Shown here in pieces: positions 51,909-62,088 of a stretch of DNA of 64,000 bases. The notes beneath the pieces were generated by a model that was not told where the DNA came from, made no database searches, and was given only the letters and a program-made list of their open reading frames with translations. The stretch spans positions 576,001 to 640,000 of the forward strand of contig CAWDVR010000003.1 in NCBI GenBank assembly GCA_963805975.1, written 5' to 3'. Source of the DNA: an uncultured Acidobacteriota bacterium. GTDB lineage: Bacteria; Acidobacteriota; Thermoanaerobaculia; Multivoradales; SZUA-115. Each line of letters begins with the position of its first letter. Within the stretch, counting starts at the first letter, position 1. Position numbers and translations under genes: made by a program.

Positions 51909-52960
51909 GGCTCTGCCGGCACGCCCCTGCGCGCCCCGGTGACCAACTGCCGCTGGATGCCCTTGAACAGGCTCTCGGTCTTCTCGCGCCATTTCGAGAG
52001 CGCCAGGCGGCCGGCCGGGGCGCTCACCTGGACCAACCCTCGGCCCTCGGGGCCATTGCGGACCACGATGCGAAGATCGCCCCAGATCAGCGCCCAGCTC
52101 TCCGTCACCTCGACCTGCGAGTCGAAGCGCTCGCCCGAGAGCTGGAGCGCGGTCAGCACCGCCTCGAGCAGATCGCCCCGTCCGCTCTCGTAGACCGCCT
52201 CGAAGGCGCGGCTCTCGGCGTAGTCGCCGGTCGCCGGGGCGGCGGGCTCGACCTCCATCAAGCGGCGGAAGGCGGCGTTGTCGGCCACGGGCTCGAAATT
52301 GGCGTCGGCGCGGGTGCGGACCCGCATGCGCTCGTCGAGCTCGATGGCACGCCGCAGGTTCTCGACCGCGAGCGCCGTGTACCCGGCCACGGCGAAGTTG
52401 GTGGCGACCATGTAGTGCCCCTGGGCATTGCCTCCCGGCCCGGCGAGATAGCGCCCGAAACGCTCCTGCGCCGCCGGCAGATCCCCCTTCAGGAGCAGGG
52501 TGGCGCCGAGGTTGAGATGGTTGTCGGCCGCCTCCGGGTCCAGCCGCTCGGCCTTGCCGAAAGCCTCGAGAGCGCGGTCGAACTTGCTGTCCGCCAAGTC
52601 GAGGGCGCCGCGGTTGAGCCAGGCCTGGCGCAAACCAGGGTCGAGAGCCAGGGCGCGCTCGAGGTCGGTCCGCCCGGCAGCCGAATCGCCGCTCAGGAAG
52701 TTGGCGGTGCTGCGGACCAGGAGCGCCTCGCCGTCCTCCGCCTTCTTGCCTTGCACCTTGGCAAGGAGCGCCACCGCCTTGTCCGGCTGGCCGGCCTCGA
52801 GCAGCCGCTCTGCCTGGGCGACCAGCTCCTGCTGCGCCGAGGCGGCCTCGGCGAGCACAAAGGTCGGGGTGAACCAGGCGGCGCCGAAACCGAACCAGGC
52901 GGCACCGAGAGCGAGAGCGGCGATCGAGGCGAGGAAGCGGCGGGTTCTCATCGCGGCCAT
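51896..52960 (-). CDS. Exported TPR protein
   Basis: Signal peptide; several TPR helices; unknown C-terminal domain. Confidence 0.8.
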   Translation of the reverse strand: MAAMRTRRFLASIAALALGAAWFGFGAAWFTPTFVLAEAASAQQELVAQAERLLEAGQPDKAVALLAKVQGKKAEDGEALLVRSTANFLSGDSAAGRTDLERALALDPGLRQAWLNRGALDLADSKFDRALEAFGKAERLDPEAADNHLNLGATLLLKGDLPAAQERFGRYLAGPGGNAQGHYMVATNFAVAGYTALAVENLRRAIELDERMRVRTRADANFEPVADNAAFRRLMEVEPAAPATGDYAESRAFEAVYESGRGDLLEAVLTALQLSGERFDSQVEVTESWALIWGDLRIVVRNGPEGRGLVQVSAPAGRLALSKWREKTESLFKGIQRQLVTGARRGVPAEPYGT

Positions 52961-53025
52961 TTCATCAGAGCGCCAGCCGCTTGCCAAGCAGGGTCGGAGT
53001 GAGAGGCACAGTAGAATCGCGGATC

Positions 53026-54099
53026 ATGCCCGATCGCCTCCCCAGCCCCAAGGAGATCGCCGCCGCCCTCGGCCGCCGCGTCATTGGCCAGGCCGACGCG
53101 GTGCGCGAGATGTCGATCGCGCTCGCCAAGCACCTGGCCGGTCTCTCGACCGGCAACATCCTGCTCATCGGCGCCTCGGGCAGCGGCAAGACCACGCTGA
53201 TGCGGGCGGTGGAGGAGTACCTGGCCGGCGACCCGGAGCTCGCGGTGCGCTCGGCCGTGGTCCGGCTCCACGCCAATGTGCTGGGCGAGGAGGCGGCCCG
53301 CGGCCGGCCGGGCCAGGCGGTGCTCGAGCGGCTGCTGGCACGGGCCCGCGAACAGCTCGGGCCGGCCGCGGCGCTCCCCGCGCTCCTCCAGCGCGCAGCC
53401 CATGGGCTCGCCTTCATCGACGAGGTGGACAAGATCCGCGCCCACGTGGGCGAGCGCGCCAACGTCACCGGCATCCGCGCGCAAGAAGCCCTCCTCACGC
53501 TGATCGAGAACGAGGCGGTGCCCTTCGAGCTGCCGGAGTGGGCGGGTAGCGGCACCACCACCCTCGATTCGAGAAACCTCCTCTTCGTCTGCGCCGGTGC
53601 TTTCGAGGGGCTCCACGACGCGGTCTACGACCGGGTGACCGTGGGCAAGGACCGCGGTGCGCTCCAGCCCTTCACCGTGGTCGAGGCCGGTAGGGTGCGC
53701 GAGGAGCTGGCGTTCTCGCTCCGTGACTGGCTGCGCAACGAGGATCTCTTCGACTACGGCATGACCCCGCAGTTCCTCTCGCGCTTCGATGCCGTGGTGA
53801 TCCTCGACAACCTGAGCGAGGACGAGCTGGTGCAGATCTTCCTCGAGGGCGCGGACTCGAGCTACCGCCAGGCCGCGGCCTACTTCCAGGCGCGGGGGAT
53901 CCACCTCGCCCTCTCGCCGGCCGCCGTGCGCCGCATCGCCACCGAGGCCGCCCGCCATCCCCGCCTCGGCGCCCGCGCTCTGCGCGAGGTCTTCCGCCGC
54001 GTCATCGGCCGCTACGAGTTCGACCCCGACCTCGCCGCCAAAGGCGCCGGCAACGCGCTGATGATCGACGTGCCGGAGGTGGAGGCGGGGCTGGGGTAA
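53026..54099 (+). CDS. ClpX/HslU-like AAA+ ATPase (atypical)
   Basis: RVIGQ..A, NILLIGASGSGKT, FIDEVDKI, Q.ALL..IE, CAGAF and GARALR. Confidence 0.82.
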   Translation: MPDRLPSPKEIAAALGRRVIGQADAVREMSIALAKHLAGLSTGNILLIGASGSGKTTLMRAVEEYLAGDPELAVRSAVVRLHANVLGEEAARGRPGQAVLERLLARAREQLGPAAALPALLQRAAHGLAFIDEVDKIRAHVGERANVTGIRAQEALLTLIENEAVPFELPEWAGSGTTTLDSRNLLFVCAGAFEGLHDAVYDRVTVGKDRGALQPFTVVEAGRVREELAFSLRDWLRNEDLFDYGMTPQFLSRFDAVVILDNLSEDELVQIFLEGADSSYRQAAAYFQARGIHLALSPAAVRRIATEAARHPRLGARALREVFRRVIGRYEFDPDLAAKGAGNALMIDVPEVEAGLG

Positions 54100-54167
54100 G
54101 GGGAGACAAGACAGATACACCGACCTTTGCTGAGCGCGCCGACCAGCGCCTGGGAAGCTCCGGCTGA

Positions 54168-54926
54168 TCAGGCCCTTCCCCTTCTCGCCTCCAACAGCCG
54201 CAAGTACCGCCGTCGCCGCAGCCTTCTCGTCACCAGCCCCGGCAGGAGGCTGACGAAGCCCAGGAGGAGGAGCGCGATGCTGACCTGCCGGATGAGGTCC
54301 CCGCGCTCGCCGGCGGCGGCGTTGAAGAGCGCGCTGTAGAAGTAGGTCCAGACGGCGATCGCGGGCAGGAGACCGATGGTGGTCGAGACGAGGAAGGGCA
54401 GGAAGCGGATACCGGCCAGGGCCATGGCGAAGTTGACCAGCGGGAACGGCAGGGGGAAGAAGCGGGCCCCCACCAGGTACCAGAAGCCGTGGCGACCGAG
54501 GGTCCGTACGATGGGTCGCAGGCGGTGGCCGGCGTAGTGCTGGATCAGCTCGCCCCCCAGGCGCTTCGCCACGAGGTAGCTCGCGACCGCGCCCAGGAGT
54601 AGGCCGACGAAGTTGTAGAGCGTACCGAACCAGGGGCCGAAGACGATGGCGCCTGCCACCATCAGCGGCGTCGCCGGCAGGCCCAGCGGGCAGAGGACGA
54701 TGTAGAGCGCTATCAGCAGCAGCGGCGCCCACCAGGCGGCCTGCAGGCTCTCGAGCGTGCCGAGCAGGGACTCTTTGGAGAGGTAGCCGCCGAGGGGAGT
54801 GAAACGCACCGCCGCGAAGGCGAGCGCGATCAGCAGCACGAAAACGGCAAAGCGGACGAGCGCGCCCTTGGGCAGGCGGCGCTTGCCGAGCCCGACCTCT
54901 TTATCCTGAGGAATCGGCACTCCCAC
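54168..54926 (-). CDS. TVP38/TMEM64 (DedA superfamily) membrane protein
   Basis: P.TPL..AGAIVFG; R.FP.PF.LVNF; TM helices. Confidence 0.85.
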   Translation of the reverse strand: MGVPIPQDKEVGLGKRRLPKGALVRFAVFVLLIALAFAAVRFTPLGGYLSKESLLGTLESLQAAWWAPLLLIALYIVLCPLGLPATPLMVAGAIVFGPWFGTLYNFVGLLLGAVASYLVAKRLGGELIQHYAGHRLRPIVRTLGRHGFWYLVGARFFPLPFPLVNFAMALAGIRFLPFLVSTTIGLLPAIAVWTYFYSALFNAAAGERGDLIRQVSIALLLLGFVSLLPGLVTRRLRRRRYLRLLEARRGRA

Positions 54927-55158
54927 CGTCGAGCAACAGGAACTGGCGCATCTGCTGATCGAGGATTTTCTGCGACGCCGGATCCATGAAGTTGAGCTTC
55001 AGCTCGTTGATCACCATCACCTCCGTGCCCTGCCACTCGGCCCAGCAGGCGGCGCAGACCTTGGCCTTGATCTCGGCGCCGAGGGGGCCGGGGATGGGCA
55101 CGCGCTCGGGGGCCTCGGCGTCGCGGCCGCAGCGGGTGCAATGGACGATGGCTGCCAT
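54901..55158 (-). CDS. YggX-like Fe(II)-trafficking/oxidative damage protection protein
   Basis: VHC..., PGPLG..I...V...CW.EW...MVINE..L; extra CxxC pairs. Confidence 0.8.
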   Translation of the reverse strand: MAAIVHCTRCGRDAEAPERVPIPGPLGAEIKAKVCAACWAEWQGTEVMVINELKLNFMDPASQKILDQQMRQFLLLDGGSADSSG

Positions 55159-55189
55159 GGGCTCGGTTTCCTCTCCGCGTCTGCGAATC

Positions 55190-56149
<960 letters not shown>

Positions 56150-56150
56150 G

Positions 56151-57479
56151 CTAGGCCCCCGCCGCTTCCTGGCCGGCCTCGCGGCGGCCCACCGAGACGT
56201 AGCGGAAGCCGGCGGCAGCCATCTTCTCCGGCTCGTAGAGGTTGCGCAGGTCGACCACCAGCGGCGCGCTCAGGGCCCTCTTCAGGCGGCCCAGCTCGAG
56301 GGCTCGGAAGGGGTTCCACTCGGTGACGATCACCAGGCCGTCCGCGCCTTCCGCCGCCTGGTAGGGATCGTCGCAGTAGGTGAGCTCGGGATGGACCTGC
56401 CGGAACGCCTCGGCCGCCGCCGGGTCGAAGGCGCGGATGAGAGCGCCCCGCTCGGCGAGGCCGGCTACGATCTCGAGCGCCGGCGACTCGCGGATGTCGT
56501 CGGTGTCGGGCTTGAAGGACAGGCCCAGCAGGGCCACGGTCTTGCCCGCCAGGCCGCCGAAAGCGGCGTCGATCTTTTCGACCATGCGCTGCTTGGTAGC
56601 CTCGTTGACCTCGAGCACGGCCTCGATGATGCGGAAGCGGCGGCCCTGCTCGCGGGCGATCTGGGCCACGGCGCGGGTGTCCTTGGGGAAGCAGGAGCCG
56701 CCGAAACCGGGGCCGGGGTGGAGGAACCGAGGGCCGATGCGCTGATCGAGACCCATGCCGCGTGCCACCACCTCGACGTTGGCGCCCAGCGCCTCGCAGA
56801 GCTCCGCCACCTCGTTGATGAACGAGATCTTGGTGGCGAGAAAGCCGTTCGAGGCGTACTTGATGAGCTCGGCGCTCTCCACGTCGGTGATCACGAACGG
56901 CACGTCGGCCACGTGCAGGGGCGCGTAGATGTCGAGCATCACGCCGATCGCCCGCGGGTCGATCGAGCCGATCACCACCCGGTCCGGGTGCATGAAGTCC
57001 TCGATCGCCGAGCCCTCGCGCAGGAACTCGGGGTTCGAGACCACGGCGAAGTCCGCCGCCTCTCCCGCCTTCTCGCGCACCGTGCGGGCGATCATCTGGC
57101 CGGTGCCGATCGGCACCGTGCTCTTGGTGATGATCGCCTTGAAGCCGGTGAGGTGCTCGGCGATCGAGGCCGCCACGTCACGCACGAAGGAGAGGTCGGC
57201 CGAGCCGTCGGGAAGCGGCGGCGTGCCGACCGCGATGAACACCGCCTGCGCCTGCTCGACGGCCGGGCCCAGGTCGGTCGAGAACGAGAGACGCCCGGCG
57301 TGCATGTTCTTCGCGACCAGCGTGTCGAGGCCCGGCTCGTAGATCGGGATCTCGCCACGGCAGAGCGCCGCGACCTTGGCGGCGTCCTTGTCGACGCCCA
57401 CCACGTGCATGCCGAAGTCGGCGAGGCAGGCCCCGGTCACCAGGCCCACGTAGCCGCTGCCCACGACGCAGATCTTCAT
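56151..57479 (-). CDS. ugd: UDP-glucose 6-dehydrogenase
   Basis: [27 protein letters not shown] and [10 protein letters not shown]. Confidence 0.93.
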   Translation of the reverse strand: MKICVVGSGYVGLVTGACLADFGMHVVGVDKDAAKVAALCRGEIPIYEPGLDTLVAKNMHAGRLSFSTDLGPAVEQAQAVFIAVGTPPLPDGSADLSFVRDVAASIAEHLTGFKAIITKSTVPIGTGQMIARTVREKAGEAADFAVVSNPEFLREGSAIEDFMHPDRVVIGSIDPRAIGVMLDIYAPLHVADVPFVITDVESAELIKYASNGFLATKISFINEVAELCEALGANVEVVARGMGLDQRIGPRFLHPGPGFGGSCFPKDTRAVAQIAREQGRRFRIIEAVLEVNEATKQRMVEKIDAAFGGLAGKTVALLGLSFKPDTDDIRESPALEIVAGLAERGALIRAFDPAAAEAFRQVHPELTYCDDPYQAAEGADGLVIVTEWNPFRALELGRLKRALSAPLVVDLRNLYEPEKMAAAGFRYVSVGRREAGQEAAGA

Positions 57480-57555
57480 GGCTCGAGAAAACCCTCCGCG
57501 TGGCGGGCCGTTGCCGCCGTGATCCCAGGGGAGCCCTTCATGTCAGGGGAGCCCG

Positions 57556-58533
57556 TCATGCCAGAGGAGCACTGTGGGCGGCCCCGTGCTCGCGGTACCA
57601 GGCGACGAAGCGGCGCAACCCTTCGGTGATCGGGACTTTCGGTGCGTAACCGAGGAGGCGGGCGGCCTTCCCGACATCGGCGAAAGTGATCGGGACATCG
57701 CCCGGCTGCGCGGGAAGATACTCGATCAACGGCTCGACGGCAAGCTCGCCGGCCAGCCGCTCGACCAGTCCCAGAAGGCTCGTGGTCTCGGCGCCGCCCA
57801 GGTTCAGGATCTCGAAGCCGGGGGCGAGATCGAGGCTCGCCACGATGCCGTCGACGATGTCGTCGACGAAGGTGTAGTCACGCCGGCTCGAGCCGTCGCC
57901 GTAGAGCGGGATCTTGGCGCCCCTGGCCAGGAGATCGGTGAACTTGTGGATCGCCATCTCCGGCCGCTGGGCCGGGCCGTAGACGGTGAAGAAGCGCAGG
58001 CAGGCGGTCTTGAAGCCGTAGAGGTGATGGTAGTTGTAGCACAGCAGCTCGCCGGTCCGCTTGGTGGTGGCGTAGGGGCTGATCGGCTGGTTGATCTCGT
58101 CGTCCTCGGCGAACGGCACTTTCTCGTTGATGCCGTAGACCGACGAAGAAGAGCCGAAGATGAAGACCTGGGGACCGTGACGGCGCGCCGCCTCGAGCAG
58201 GCGCAGCGTGCCGATGCAGTTGACGTCCTCGTAGAGCACCGGTTCCCGGAGGCTGGGGCGCACGCCGGCGCGGGCCGCCAGGTGCACCACGGCATCGAAG
58301 CCGCCCTCGGCGAACAGCCCGTCGACCAGCGCCTCGTCGCGGATGTCGCCCTCGACCAGCCGGTAGTCGGGCCGAGAGAGCAGCGGCTCCACGTTCCGGC
58401 GCTTGCGCGCCGGGTCGTAGAAGTCGTTGAAATCGTCGAGCACGGTCAGGCGGTCACCGCGGCCCAGCAGGTGCCGGGAGAGGTGCGAGCCGATGAAGCC
58501 GGCACCGCCGGTGACGAGGATGTGCTGAGCCAT
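57556..58533 (-). CDS. NAD-dependent epimerase (UDP-glucuronate 4-epimerase-like)
   Basis: GGAGFIG, AARAGVR.S, SSSSVYG, YATTK and FFTVYGP..RP.MA. Confidence 0.9.
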   Translation of the reverse strand: MAQHILVTGGAGFIGSHLSRHLLGRGDRLTVLDDFNDFYDPARKRRNVEPLLSRPDYRLVEGDIRDEALVDGLFAEGGFDAVVHLAARAGVRPSLREPVLYEDVNCIGTLRLLEAARRHGPQVFIFGSSSSVYGINEKVPFAEDDEINQPISPYATTKRTGELLCYNYHHLYGFKTACLRFFTVYGPAQRPEMAIHKFTDLLARGAKIPLYGDGSSRRDYTFVDDIVDGIVASLDLAPGFEILNLGGAETTSLLGLVERLAGELAVEPLIEYLPAQPGDVPITFADVGKAARLLGYAPKVPITEGLRRFVAWYREHGAAHSAPLA

Positions 58534-58547
58534 GGGCGCGAATGCTA

Positions 58548-59699
58548 TCAGTCGCGGGGGAGCTGGGCCGGTGGCGGTCCTTCTCCCTCGTCGTAGCGCT
58601 TTTCGATGCCGGCCTTCTGGCGGTTGCGGATCAGCCAGCGCAGCATCCGTGACTCGTTGGCACCGACCAGGATGTCCTGGATCGCCTCGTAGACCGCGGG
58701 GTCGTGGATCAGCTTCGCGGCTGTGCCGTCCCCGCTCTCGAGCTCGGTCGCCAGGCGATCGAAGCGGCCGACCGTGTCCTCGATCTGGCGGCTCATCTGC
58801 TCGCCGTAGGGCTCGTCGAAGAGCAGCCGCGGCAGGAGGCCGTTGGCGTCCTGGAGCTCGGTCGAGAACTTGGAGAGGTTGGCGGCGGTGACCTTGAGCG
58901 AGGCCAGGGTCTGGTCGAAGTCCTCTTTGGTCTTGGCGTCGTTGAACAGCGAGGGCACCAGGCCCTGACCCTCTTCGAAGCGGGTCAGGGCGGTATCCAG
59001 CCGCTCGACGGACTTGGCCAGCCGGTCGGCGAGCGCGGCGTCGGTGATCAGGCGCGGCAGCGCGCCTTCGCCGTGCTCGATGCGCTCGGCCACCCGCTGC
59101 ACGGACTCGAGGGTCTTGAGCAGCCGTTCCGAGACCTTCTCGCCGGTGTCGGTGTCCGACACCAGCTCGCCCAGCAGGCCCTTGCCTTTCTCCAGGCGCG
59201 ACAGGATCACCTTGAGCGAGGCGGAGATCGCGGTGACGTTGGCCATCACGTCCTCGCCCGAGGCGACCAGGGCGTCCATCGAGGTCGGCTTGGCCGCCGG
59301 GATCTCCGAGCGGTCGGCGATCACCGGCTGCTCGAGCGAGCCGGAGCTGATCTCGAGGTACTTGTCGCCCAGGAGGCCCAGGGTCTTGATGCTCGCCGTC
59401 GAGTCGCCGCGCAGGCGCCCGGCGTAGCGGCGGTCGACGGTGAGCTCGACCCGGATCAGGCTCTCCTTGGGGTCCTCCGGCAGCACGATGCGCTGCACTC
59501 TCCCGACCCGCACGCCGTTCAACTGCACGTAGCTGCCTTCGGCCACGCCGCTCACCGTCTGGAAACGGGCGAAGTAGTGGTTCTTGCGCGAGAAGAGATT
59601 GTTCTTCTCGCCGATCAGGAAGATACCGAGCGCCAGCATCGCAACGGCGGCCATCACCAGGGCTCCGACACGCAGGACGTTGTGGCGCTCACGCGGCAT
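58548..59699 (-). CDS. MlaD/MCE-family protein
   Basis: TM, G..V.LNGVRVGRV, TLGLLGDKYLEI, long helical region. Confidence 0.9.
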   Translation of the reverse strand: MPRERHNVLRVGALVMAAVAMLALGIFLIGEKNNLFSRKNHYFARFQTVSGVAEGSYVQLNGVRVGRVQRIVLPEDPKESLIRVELTVDRRYAGRLRGDSTASIKTLGLLGDKYLEISSGSLEQPVIADRSEIPAAKPTSMDALVASGEDVMANVTAISASLKVILSRLEKGKGLLGELVSDTDTGEKVSERLLKTLESVQRVAERIEHGEGALPRLITDAALADRLAKSVERLDTALTRFEEGQGLVPSLFNDAKTKEDFDQTLASLKVTAANLSKFSTELQDANGLLPRLLFDEPYGEQMSRQIEDTVGRFDRLATELESGDGTAAKLIHDPAVYEAIQDILVGANESRMLRWLIRNRQKAGIEKRYDEGEGPPPAQLPRD

Positions 59700-60468
59700 G
59701 CTCGATCTCCTCGCGACCGGTCAGAAAGTCTCGCAGCAGGGAGTCCGCGCTCTCGTCCGCCTCTTGCCAGGTGCCGAGGAAGCGGAAGCGCCCGCCGTCG
59801 AGGAAGGCCACGCGGTCGGCCACCCGCCGGGCGAGTGCCAGGTCGTGGGTGACCACCACACAGGTGACGTTCAAACCCTTGATGCGCTCGATCAGGCTGG
59901 CGATGGTCGCCGAGGTGATCGGATCGAGGCCGGTGGTGGGCTCGTCGAAGAGCAGCACCTCGGGGTCGAGAGCGAGAGAACGGGCGAGGGCGACGCGTTT
60001 CTTCATGCCGCCGGAGAGCTCGCCCGGCACCTTGGCCTCGATTCCCGGCAGGTGGACGAGGGCGAGCTTCTCCGCCACCTTCGCCCGGATCGCATCCTCG
60101 GCCAGGTCCGAGTGCTCGCGCAGCGGGAAGGCGACGTTCTCGAGCACGTCCATGGAGTCGAAGAGGGCGCCACCCTGGAAGAGCATCGCCACCCGCCGCC
60201 GCACCGCCAGGAGCTCGCGCTCGGTGAGCGTCGACACCGGCTGCCCGTCGAACAGCACCTCGCCGCCGTCCGGGCTGTCGAGGCCGTTCATCTGGCGCAG
60301 CGTCACGCTCTTGCCCGTGCCCGAGCGGCCCAGGATCACCAGGCACTCGCCGCGCAAGACTTCGAAAGAGAGATCGTCGAGCACGGTCAGCTCGCCGTAG
60401 CGCCGCGTCAGGTTGCGCACGGAGAAGAGCACTTCGCCGGGCCGGCGAGCTGCGGCATCGTGGGTCAT
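59689..60468 (-). CDS. MlaF-like ABC ATP-binding protein
   Basis: GRSGTGKS, FQGGALFDS, LSGGMKKR and DEPTTGLDP. Confidence 0.9.
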   Translation of the reverse strand: MTHDAAARRPGEVLFSVRNLTRRYGELTVLDDLSFEVLRGECLVILGRSGTGKSVTLRQMNGLDSPDGGEVLFDGQPVSTLTERELLAVRRRVAMLFQGGALFDSMDVLENVAFPLREHSDLAEDAIRAKVAEKLALVHLPGIEAKVPGELSGGMKKRVALARSLALDPEVLLFDEPTTGLDPITSATIASLIERIKGLNVTCVVVTHDLALARRVADRVAFLDGGRFRFLGTWQEADESADSLLRDFLTGREEIEHAA

Positions 60469-61217
60469 GCGAGGAGGTAGAAGAGCTTGGTCAGGAAGAA
60501 GTCGGAGACCAGAACGAAGATCGAGGCGATCACCACGGTGCGGGTCGTCGCCCGGCCGACGCCGTCGGCGCCGCCGCGTGCGGCGAAACCATTGTAACAC
60601 CCGACCATGGTAATGAAATATGCGAAGAAAAAGGATTTTCCCACGCCGCTCATCACGTCGGCGAAGGTGAGCGAGCTGAACACGTCGTTGATGTAGAAGT
60701 GCGCCGAGAGGCCGAGCTGGAGCTTGGCCACCAACAGGCCGCCGAGGATGCCGAGGCCGTCGCCGATGATGGTGAGCACGGGAAACATCAGCAGCATGGC
60801 GACGAGCTTGGGGGCGACGAGCTTTTTCACCGGATCGGCGCCCATCGAGCGCAAGGCGTCGATCTGCTCGGACACTTTCATGGTGCCGATCTCGGCCGTC
60901 ATGCCGGCGCCGACCCGCCCGCCGACGATCAGCGCGATCAGCACCGGCCCCAGCTCGCGCACCAGGGACTTCGAGACCACGGTGCCGATGTAGTACTTGA
61001 CGCCCAGTTGGGGCAGGCTGTAGGCGGTCTGGAGCGCCAGCACCATGCCGGTGAAGATGGTGGTGATGCTGGCGACGCCCAGCGAGCGCACGCCGATCTG
61101 TTCCATCTGGCGGAACCAGGCACCGAGCTCGTAGGGCGGGGCCGCCAGCGCGGCGAAGGAGCGGCCGGTCAAGAGCGAGAGCTCCCCGGCCTCGCGGGCG
61201 ATTTCACGGAAGCTCAT
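60465..61217 (-). CDS. MlaE-like ABC permease
   Basis: RELGPV, AEIGTMKVSEQIDAL and GVGRATT. Confidence 0.92.
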   Translation of the reverse strand: MSFREIAREAGELSLLTGRSFAALAAPPYELGAWFRQMEQIGVRSLGVASITTIFTGMVLALQTAYSLPQLGVKYYIGTVVSKSLVRELGPVLIALIVGGRVGAGMTAEIGTMKVSEQIDALRSMGADPVKKLVAPKLVAMLLMFPVLTIIGDGLGILGGLLVAKLQLGLSAHFYINDVFSSLTFADVMSGVGKSFFFAYFITMVGCYNGFAARGGADGVGRATTRTVVIASIFVLVSDFFLTKLFYLLA

Positions 61218-61263
61218 GCGCGGCGGGATCTTATCAGCGCCCACACGGTGCCATAATCCGCGC

Positions 61264-62076
61264 ATGCCCGTTCCAGAGCAGCGCCCCGGGCGGCTGGCGA
61301 GCTGGCTGGCCAACGCCGGGGCCTATCTCTACATCGTCTTCGGCACCTTCTTCTTCGCCATGAGCTCGGTGCTGTTCGGCTGGATCGGGCCGCGCGGCAA
61401 CGTGATGTTCTGGCTCTCGCGGCCCTGGTCCCGCGGGCTGCTCGCGTCGGCGGGGGTGCGGCTCAGGGCACAGTTCGAGGTACCGCTCGATCCACGGAAG
61501 AGCTACGTCTACCTCGCCAATCACCAGAGCTACTTCGACATCCCCGCCCTGATGCCCGTGGCCCCCGGGCAGGTCCGCTTCGCGGCGAAGCGAAGCCTCT
61601 TTCGCATTCCGGTCTTCGGCTGGTCGCTCGCCGTGGGCGGCTTCATCCCCATCGACCGCGACCAGCCGAGCAAGGCGACGCAGGCGTTCGCGGCCGCGGC
61701 CCAGCGGGTGCAGCAGGGCGCCTCGGTGCTCTTCTTCCCCGAAGGTACGCGCTCGGCCGACGGCCTTCTCGCGCCTTTCCAGCGCGGCGGCTTCCTGATC
61801 GCGCTGAAGAGCGGGCTGCCCATCGTGCCGGTGGGGATCGAGGGCTCGCGGCAAGTGCTGCCGCGGGGCAGCGGGTGGGTCACGCCGGGGTCCATCACGG
61901 TGCGCTTCGGGTCGCCGATCGACACCACGGCCTACGGGGTGCGGGGCCGGGCCCAACTGATGGCCGAAGTCCGCCGCCGGGTGGCGGAGCTGGCGCGGGT
62001 CGAGCTGGCGCAGAGCCCTCACCCCGAGCCTCTCCCGGCAGCGGGAGAGGGCGCCACCCCCCAGCCGGTCCTGTAA
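61264..62076 (+). CDS. plsC: 1-acyl-sn-glycerol-3-phosphate acyltransferase
   Basis: NHQSYFD, IDR and FPEGTRS. Confidence 0.9.
   Translation: MPVPEQRPGRLASWLANAGAYLYIVFGTFFFAMSSVLFGWIGPRGNVMFWLSRPWSRGLLASAGVRLRAQFEVPLDPRKSYVYLANHQSYFDIPALMPVAPGQVRFAAKRSLFRIPVFGWSLAVGGFIPIDRDQPSKATQAFAAAAQRVQQGASVLFFPEGTRSADGLLAPFQRGGFLIALKSGLPIVPVGIEGSRQVLPRGSGWVTPGSITVRFGSPIDTTAYGVRGRAQLMAEVRRRVAELARVELAQSPHPEPLPAAGEGATPQPVL
62016..62051. repeat. REP-like palindrome inside the 3' end of plsC
   Basis: CCCTCACCCCGAGCCTCTCCCGGCAGCGGGAGAGGG resembles the reverse complement of 38190-38231. Confidence 0.65.
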
Positions 62077-62088
62077 GATCGCGGCCTC

